A DNA stretch of 41,746 nucleotides from Halobacteriales archaeon (GTDB taxonomy: Archaea > Halobacteriota > Halobacteria > Halobacteriales > SKSH01). The position numbers and the translations under genes were made by a program. The notes below the pieces were generated by a model. It saw nothing but the letters and a program-made list of their open reading frames with translations. It ran no database searches and was not told where the DNA came from. The stretch is taken from NCBI GenBank assembly GCA_007118075.1, contig SKSH01000151.1:1-41746 (forward strand). Direction: 5' to 3'. Below are positions 36,905 through 41,746 of this stretch, piece by piece (within the stretch, counting starts at the first letter, position 1; the number at the start of each line of letters is the position of its first letter).

Positions 36905-37747
36905 TTAAGTGGTTTTCTCATCCGATGGTGACGATCGCAACTCGACCGACCTTGCCACGGCATCCATGACCGCCGACCGGGTAGAGAGCTCATCTCGCCG
37001 TTGGCTGAACGAACTGACCACCGTCTCGATCGCCGGTGGATCTGGTCTGAAGGTGAGATTGGGGTAGTCAACCGCGCTCAGGACCAGGGGCACAGCTGAG
37101 GCCGGGGCGACTCCAGCAGGCCCGGATACCGGTGGTCCATCGAGCAACCGATCAATGCGATCGATACCTGCGGTGTCGCTTGCCACCTCGACGACGACCG
37201 TGATGAGTCGACGGACGAGTTGTCGAGGGAAACCGCTGGCAGCTACAGTGATGACAACAAACGGTGGCTCGACACGAAGCGAGGTCGTGAGCGTTCGTTC
37301 GGTCCCAGTCGAGTCCGGAGTTAGATTGGTGAAATCATGGGTACCAGCGAATCGATCCAATGCGGCGGCTATCAGGTCGATGTCGAGAATGTCAGGATCG
37401 TAATGGAGGTGATACGTATACCGCCGTTCAACCGCGTCGTGCGTTGCATGAAACCCGGTAGGTGCCCTTGCATCCGCCCAGACCCCGATGGAATCAGGGA
37501 GCGCGTTCGAGAACACAACGGGTGTCAGCCAGGGAGGTGCAACGAATCCGAGGGTCTGAGCAATAGCTGACGTGCCTGCATCGGTCCGGCCAGCAGCGGC
37601 GTACTCCGGTAGTGGTGCAAGTGGATCATCGGTCACCCCGAGGTCTGCCAAAGCCGCAAAGATGGTTCCCTCAACGGTAGGCACATCGGGCTGTCGCTGA
37701 AAGCCATGGTACGGCAGCCCATCGTATGCCACCCGAAACGCACGCAT
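36905..37747 (-). CDS. truA: tRNA pseudouridine(38-40) synthase TruA
   Basis: 280 aa from ATG 37747 (MRAFRVAYDGLPYHGFQRQP). Catalytic loop AAGRTDAGTSA. The ORF-track start at 37771 is a GTG. Confidence 0.85.
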   Translation of the reverse strand: MRAFRVAYDGLPYHGFQRQPDVPTVEGTIFAALADLGVTDDPLAPLPEYAAAGRTDAGTSAIAQTLGFVAPPWLTPVVFSNALPDSIGVWADARAPTGFHATHDAVERRYTYHLHYDPDILDIDLIAAALDRFAGTHDFTNLTPDSTGTERTLTTSLRVEPPFVVITVAASGFPRQLVRRLITVVVEVASDTAGIDRIDRLLDGPPVSGPAGVAPASAVPLVLSAVDYPNLTFRPDPPAIETVVSSFSQRRDELSTRSAVMDAVARSVELRSSPSDEKTT

Positions 37748-37773
37748 CCGGGGCGCCTCGTGGTCGTCCACGG

Positions 37774-39051
37774 TTACCCGTCAGGCAGATACATCTCAAG
37801 CGGTTCTTGTTCCTGGTCACCAGTTTCCATATCCTTCACCGTCACCATACCTTCAGCCAGATCGCGTTCCCCCACGATAATCGTCTTCGAGGCAGCGATC
37901 GAATCGGCATACGATAGCTGCGAACCGAACCCACGTCCTGCGAGATCCACCTCGACGACGTACCCCTCACCACGGAGGTGTCTCGCCACCTTGGCAGCGG
38001 TTGGACGGGTGTCCCCAGCTTGGAGGACGAAATAATCGACCGCGTTGGTTGCTTCGGGTAAGATATCGGCTCGTTCGAGCAACAAGAGCAAGGTGGCAAG
38101 TCCAGGCGCAACCCCTACCGCCGGCATCGAGGGACCACCGAGACTCTCGATGAGATCATCGTATCGACCACCGCCGAAGATCGCCCGTGATACCGCACCC
38201 TGTGTGTCGAAGCACTCGAAGACCACACCGGTGTAGTAGTCCAGTCCACGTGCCGTCTTGAGCGAGAGCGTACAGTATTCAGCAACTCCGTAATCCTCTG
38301 TGGCAGCCAAAACAGCCTCGAGCTCATCGACCGCTGCCTGGAGCGGATCGCTGTCAGTTGCTCGACTGAGGATGGTGAGATCAGCTGATGCTTCCTCGAG
38401 CAACGTCGCCACCTCATCTGCCGTCTCTCGGCGCATCCCGGTCGCGACCAGCTCGTCGGCCGTCGCCTCGATCGATTCGGTCGCAGTACGATCGATCGCA
38501 CGGATCGCCTCCAGCCGGTCGATTTCGGGATCGGCCCAGGTGACGAGTGTTCCGAGGATATCGCGGTGTGAGATCCTGAACTCGAAATCATCAGCAGTCA
38601 GCCCGAGTTCGGTGAGGAAGTCAGCACAACAGGCGAGAATCTCAGCATCGGCCGTCGGATCATCCGCACCGAAGATGTCTATATTGGTCTGATAGAACTC
38701 CCGAAAGCGACCCTGCTGTGGCTCCTCGTACCGCCAGAACGGTCGGGTAGAGAACCATTTGATCGGTTTGGTCATCTCCTTTTCACGGGCGGCGACCATC
38801 CTAGCGACCGTCGGGGTGAGTTCTGGGGTGAGCGACACCTCGCGACCCCCCTTGTCGGTGAAGCTGTAGAGTTCATCGACGATATCCGGACCGCTCTTTT
38901 CGATGTAGAGCTGGGTTTGCTCGAGTGATGGCGTCGCTATCTCCTGGAAGCCGTACCCACGGACCACCGTCTCGATCGTCTCGATGACCCGCCGTCTGGG
39001 GCCCATTTCGGCGGGATAGAAGTCACGAAATCCCTTCAGCGGTTCGTACAT
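37774..39051 (-). CDS. hisS: histidine--tRNA ligase
   Basis: 425 aa from ATG 39051 (MYEPLKGFRDFYP). Class II motifs include FGGGRYDDL, and there is a C-terminal anticodon-binding domain. The ORF-track start at 39063 is a TTG. Confidence 0.95.
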   Translation of the reverse strand: MYEPLKGFRDFYPAEMGPRRRVIETIETVVRGYGFQEIATPSLEQTQLYIEKSGPDIVDELYSFTDKGGREVSLTPELTPTVARMVAAREKEMTKPIKWFSTRPFWRYEEPQQGRFREFYQTNIDIFGADDPTADAEILACCADFLTELGLTADDFEFRISHRDILGTLVTWADPEIDRLEAIRAIDRTATESIEATADELVATGMRRETADEVATLLEEASADLTILSRATDSDPLQAAVDELEAVLAATEDYGVAEYCTLSLKTARGLDYYTGVVFECFDTQGAVSRAIFGGGRYDDLIESLGGPSMPAVGVAPGLATLLLLLERADILPEATNAVDYFVLQAGDTRPTAAKVARHLRGEGYVVEVDLAGRGFGSQLSYADSIAASKTIIVGERDLAEGMVTVKDMETGDQEQEPLEMYLPDG

Positions 39052-39102
39052 TCGCGTCGTCAATCGGCCAGGGCCCTCAAAGGCGTTTCCGGTCTAAGCG
39101 GC

Positions 39103-39444
39103 TCACCGACGTTTGATGTCGAATTTTTGCTGCTCCGGTTGTAGTTTTTGAAGGAGGTCTCGCATCTGGTCCTCATCGATCTTCTGGCCGACACGGCCAC
39201 TTTGGATGAGTCCGAGTAGCTGTTGCTCGACCCGTTCTCCATGTTGCGGGTGTCCCATCTTGACGGCGTTGAGACGCTTGCGAGCACCATCGGTGAGGAA
39301 CTGCTTCAATATGGCCTGCTTTTGGGTCTCTGCTGCCTCACGCTGCGCCTCTCGCACCTCTTCGTCATTATCACCCTGCTGTTGTTGGAGTTGCTCGAGG
39401 CGTTCCTCGCGGATCCGAGCGAGCTCCTCATCGCGCTCATTCAT
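39103..39444 (-). CDS. PDCD5/TFAR19-family double-stranded DNA-binding protein
   Basis: 113 aa from ATG 39444. ILKQFLTDGARKRLNAVKMGHPQHGERVEQQLLGLIQSGRV..KIDEDQMRDLLQKL. Classic archaeal neighbour of rps19e. Confidence 0.8.
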   Translation of the reverse strand: MNERDEELARIREERLEQLQQQQGDNDEEVREAQREAAETQKQAILKQFLTDGARKRLNAVKMGHPQHGERVEQQLLGLIQSGRVGQKIDEDQMRDLLQKLQPEQQKFDIKRR

Positions 39445-39525
39445 GGTTATTGGCAACTTCGATTGGCGGATGGAAAATCATTACGGAGAGCGGGGATGTT
39501 TGGTTGCAGGGGTGTTTTTTCGAGT

Positions 39526-39981
39526 CTATGCGTAGCGCTCGAGCTCTGGACGATCGAGCGCTTCGTGAACATCCTCGGCTGCCGCATCGAGGAGAGCCCG
39601 ACCATCGGGGGCGATCCGTCTGCCTGCACCCTCTTCGAGAAGGATCAACTCCTCATCCTCTAGTTGCTGGAGAATCGTTCGGATAATCTTCCGGCTTCCA
39701 TCAACACGGTGGGCTGGAGCCATCCCATACCGAGTCGTACCACGAGCACGGCCACCATACTCGGTGGCCAACCTGGATACCCCAATCGGTCCCTCCATCG
39801 CGACCTTTCGGAGGACGCTCGCCGCTCTGATGTACCAGAAGTCCTCCTGTTCGGGAGGGAACTCCTTCGCCGGGCTCGTCTTCGCATATGCCATCCACGC
39901 CGGCTCTTCTAATCGGCCCTCAAGTTGGTCCGCAAGCTCGCTGATGAGGGCGTCAGCCGGCACGTCGTAGAACGTGACCAT
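39526..39981 (-). CDS. rps19e: 30S ribosomal protein S19e
   Basis: 151 aa from ATG 39981 (MVTFYDVPADALISELA ... WYIRAASVLRKV ... YGG). The 96-codon extension in the ORF track overlaps thiL. Confidence 0.9.
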   Translation of the reverse strand: MVTFYDVPADALISELADQLEGRLEEPAWMAYAKTSPAKEFPPEQEDFWYIRAASVLRKVAMEGPIGVSRLATEYGGRARGTTRYGMAPAHRVDGSRKIIRTILQQLEDEELILLEEGAGRRIAPDGRALLDAAAEDVHEALDRPELERYA

Positions 39982-40007
39982 TCTATACCGACGTTCCCTA
40001 CCTTCGC

Positions 40008-40013
40008 ATTTAA
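40008..40013 (-). promoter_or_regulatory. TATA-like box (TTAAAT on minus strand) for rps19e
   Basis: Lies 27-32 nt upstream of ATG 39981, consistent with a leaderless transcript. Confidence 0.45.
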
Positions 40014-40038
40014 CCCCATCGCTGGCGGAGCCAGGGGG

Positions 40039-40043
40039 TTTAT
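40039..40043 (+). promoter_or_regulatory. TATA-like box (tttat) for thiL
   Basis: Lies 26-30 nt upstream of ATG 40069, consistent with a leaderless transcript. Confidence 0.4.
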
Positions 40044-40068
40044 CGCTGGTCTCGTCAAGCCACACGGC

Positions 40069-40941
40069 ATGGACGAACGGGCGGCGTTGCGCATCGTCGA
40101 ATCCCTGGTGGGAGCGGCTGGTGACGACGCGGCCATCATCGACGGACAGGCGGTATCGGTTGATATGCTCCATGAGACCAGTGACTTCCCCGAGGGTGTG
40201 ACCCCGTATACGGCCGGATGGCGGGCCATCTCGGTCTCGCTCTCTGATCTGGCTGCAGTCGGTGCACAACCAACGGTGACGCTCGGTGTGTACTCTCCAC
40301 CACAGTTCGAGCGATCAGCCCTCGAGGCATTCATCAACGGGGCGATAGACGCCTCAACGAGAGTCGGTGCAGAGTATGTCGGTGGCGATCTCGATATCAC
40401 GGACGAACTGACCACGGTCGGAATCGCCATCGGCAAGGTTGACCAACCCGTGGGCCGATCCGGCGCGAACGAGGGAGATGCCATCGTGGTCACAGGTACC
40501 CTTGGTCGAGGTGCGATCGCGGTCCGCAAGTTCGAAGCCGGTGCAGTAGAGGAGGGCAACGAGCTGTTCCGATTCACCCCACGGATTGAACCGGGACGAT
40601 ACCTCGCGAGCGAGGCGACGGCAATGATCGATTCGAGCGATGGGCTTGCGCGGTCTTTGCATCTGCTCGCTGAAGCGAGCGATTGTGGGTTCGAGATCGA
40701 GGAGGCAGCGATTCCGATCGATCCACAGCTCGAGGAGATCGTGTCAGATGCTGAAGAACGTCGTTCCCTCGGAATCTTCTGGGGGGAGGATTTCGAACTC
40801 ATCGCCACCCTCCCACCGGATACCGTCGACGACATGCGGTCGTCAATTGACATCCCACTTCATCAGATTGGAACCGTGACCGAAGACGGACTCAAACTGG
40901 ATGATGCATCACTACCAGACAGGGGATTCTCTCATCGCTGA
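40069..40941 (+). CDS. thiL: thiamine-monophosphate kinase
   Basis: 290 aa from ATG 40069. AIR-synthase-related fold motifs: GDDAAIIDG, VSVDMLHETSDFP, GWRAISVSLSDLAAVGAQP, GGDL. Confidence 0.85.
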   Translation: MDERAALRIVESLVGAAGDDAAIIDGQAVSVDMLHETSDFPEGVTPYTAGWRAISVSLSDLAAVGAQPTVTLGVYSPPQFERSALEAFINGAIDASTRVGAEYVGGDLDITDELTTVGIAIGKVDQPVGRSGANEGDAIVVTGTLGRGAIAVRKFEAGAVEEGNELFRFTPRIEPGRYLASEATAMIDSSDGLARSLHLLAEASDCGFEIEEAAIPIDPQLEEIVSDAEERRSLGIFWGEDFELIATLPPDTVDDMRSSIDIPLHQIGTVTEDGLKLDDASLPDRGFSHR

Positions 40942-40947
40942 ACGGTA

Positions 40948-41746
40948 TCAGCCGATGATCTCGATGGGGACTGGGACGAAACAAAGGACACCGATCCCGA
41001 GGGTGAGAATACCGAGAAGTTGCCGCCTACGGTCGAGGGGACGGTCGTCAACCGGTTCTGCTGGACCGACCGCCGCCAAGAGGGTGGCGAAGACGCCCCA
41101 GATGAGCCAAACCAAGACTGCGTGAAGCGGGGCCTCGATGAGGAGGTACAAGACTCCGCCGAGGGCGAACAAGGCAATCGGGATGACCAACCCGATCCTC
41201 GCTTGCACCGGACCCAACATGGCACGCGTGATGTGACCCCCATCCAGTTGACCGACCGGGATCAGGTTGAGGAAGGTGATGAACAGCCCGAGCCAGCCAC
41301 CGATGACGACCGGATTGACAGACATCCGTGCATCATCGAACCGGAGCGGTTCACCGACCATCCATGCGATGAACTCCAAGAGTGGTGGAAAGCCGATCGC
41401 GAGTTCGACCGTCGATTCGCTGTCGGCGAGTCCCTCTGGAGCGGTGACCGGCGGAAGATGGAGTCCGATGATGATGACCACAACGGTGGCGATGAGCCCT
41501 GCAATCGGTCCAGCCACACCGATATCGAATAACGCGCGTCTGTCTGGGATTCGACCTCGAATCTTGATGACCGCACCCATCGTGCCGAAGATCGTCGGTA
41601 CCGGTAAGAAGTAGGGCAAGCTCGCCTGGACACCGTGATACCGTGAGAGCGCATAGTGACCGAGTTCATGGAATCCGAGTACGAGGATCACGGCTGCAGC
41701 GAATGGCCATGCTTCGACGATCGACAACAGATCACCGGTTAGATCG
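40948..41746 (-). CDS. site-2 protease family (M50) intramembrane metalloprotease, 5' end cut by window edge
   Basis: HELGHY zinc motif and NLIPVGQLDGGH motif. The reading frame stays open from 41727 (a TTG in the ORF track) to the window end, so the N-terminus probably lies outside the window. Confidence 0.8.
   Translation of the reverse strand, partial: DLTGDLLSIVEAWPFAAAVILVLGFHELGHYALSRYHGVQASLPYFLPVPTIFGTMGAVIKIRGRIPDRRALFDIGVAGPIAGLIATVVVIIIGLHLPPVTAPEGLADSESTVELAIGFPPLLEFIAWMVGEPLRFDDARMSVNPVVIGGWLGLFITFLNLIPVGQLDGGHITRAMLGPVQARIGLVIPIALFALGGVLYLLIEAPLHAVLVWLIWGVFATLLAAVGPAEPVDDRPLDRRRQLLGILTLGIGVLCFVPVPIEIIG

Noticed and set aside
1-41746. Scan for CRISPR arrays, rRNA genes, IS elements or transposases, inteins in aIF5B/PAN/helicase, and recoding sites.
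   Set aside because: I saw no regularly spaced direct repeats, no rRNA-like sequence, and no DDE/tyrosine/serine recombinase motifs in any ORF. aIF5B (599 aa), PAN (413 aa) and the helicase have uninterrupted motif spacing. All genes read through in a single frame.

Overview
This is a GC-rich, gene-dense chromosomal segment with about 41 protein genes and 1 tRNA. It almost certainly comes from a haloarchaeon (class Halobacteria). Three things support this: archaea-specific markers (aIF5B, PAN, Pus10, TrmY, Nob1, S19e, PdaD, archaeal PPAT), strongly acidic predicted proteins, and TATA-like boxes about 25-35 nt upstream of many ATGs (leaderless or short-leader style). Many first codons in the supplied ORF track are TTG/GTG extensions, so I re-set several starts to the first in-frame ATG that matches the family N-terminus. 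Most of the window is housekeeping: the translation, tRNA-modification and proteostasis array at 32.6-40 kb, SecDF, RNase HII, pgi and hisS. The accessory-looking part is about 3-18 kb. The best candidate for an undescribed system is a translationally coupled AddB-like/AddA-like pair at 9696-15123 (an inactive-helicase+nuclease subunit followed by a UvrD helicase+RecB nuclease subunit). This is a bacterial-type end-resection or DNA-degrading machine in an archaeal context. Other items worth a second look:
- a radical-SAM/SPASM homologue that has lost its CxxxCxxC cluster, behind a TATA box plus a perfect palindrome
- a stand-alone divergent diadenylate-cyclase domain protein
- a lower-GC islet with two sub-60-aa zinc-finger ORFs that are missing from the ORF track
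- a tRNA-Pro(CGG) next to a PhiH1-repressor-like wHTH gene
- a PRC-barrel/Nob1 operon divergent from aIF5B
I found no CRISPR array, rRNA, transposase or integrase. All family assignments are motif-level readings by eye and were not checked against any database.
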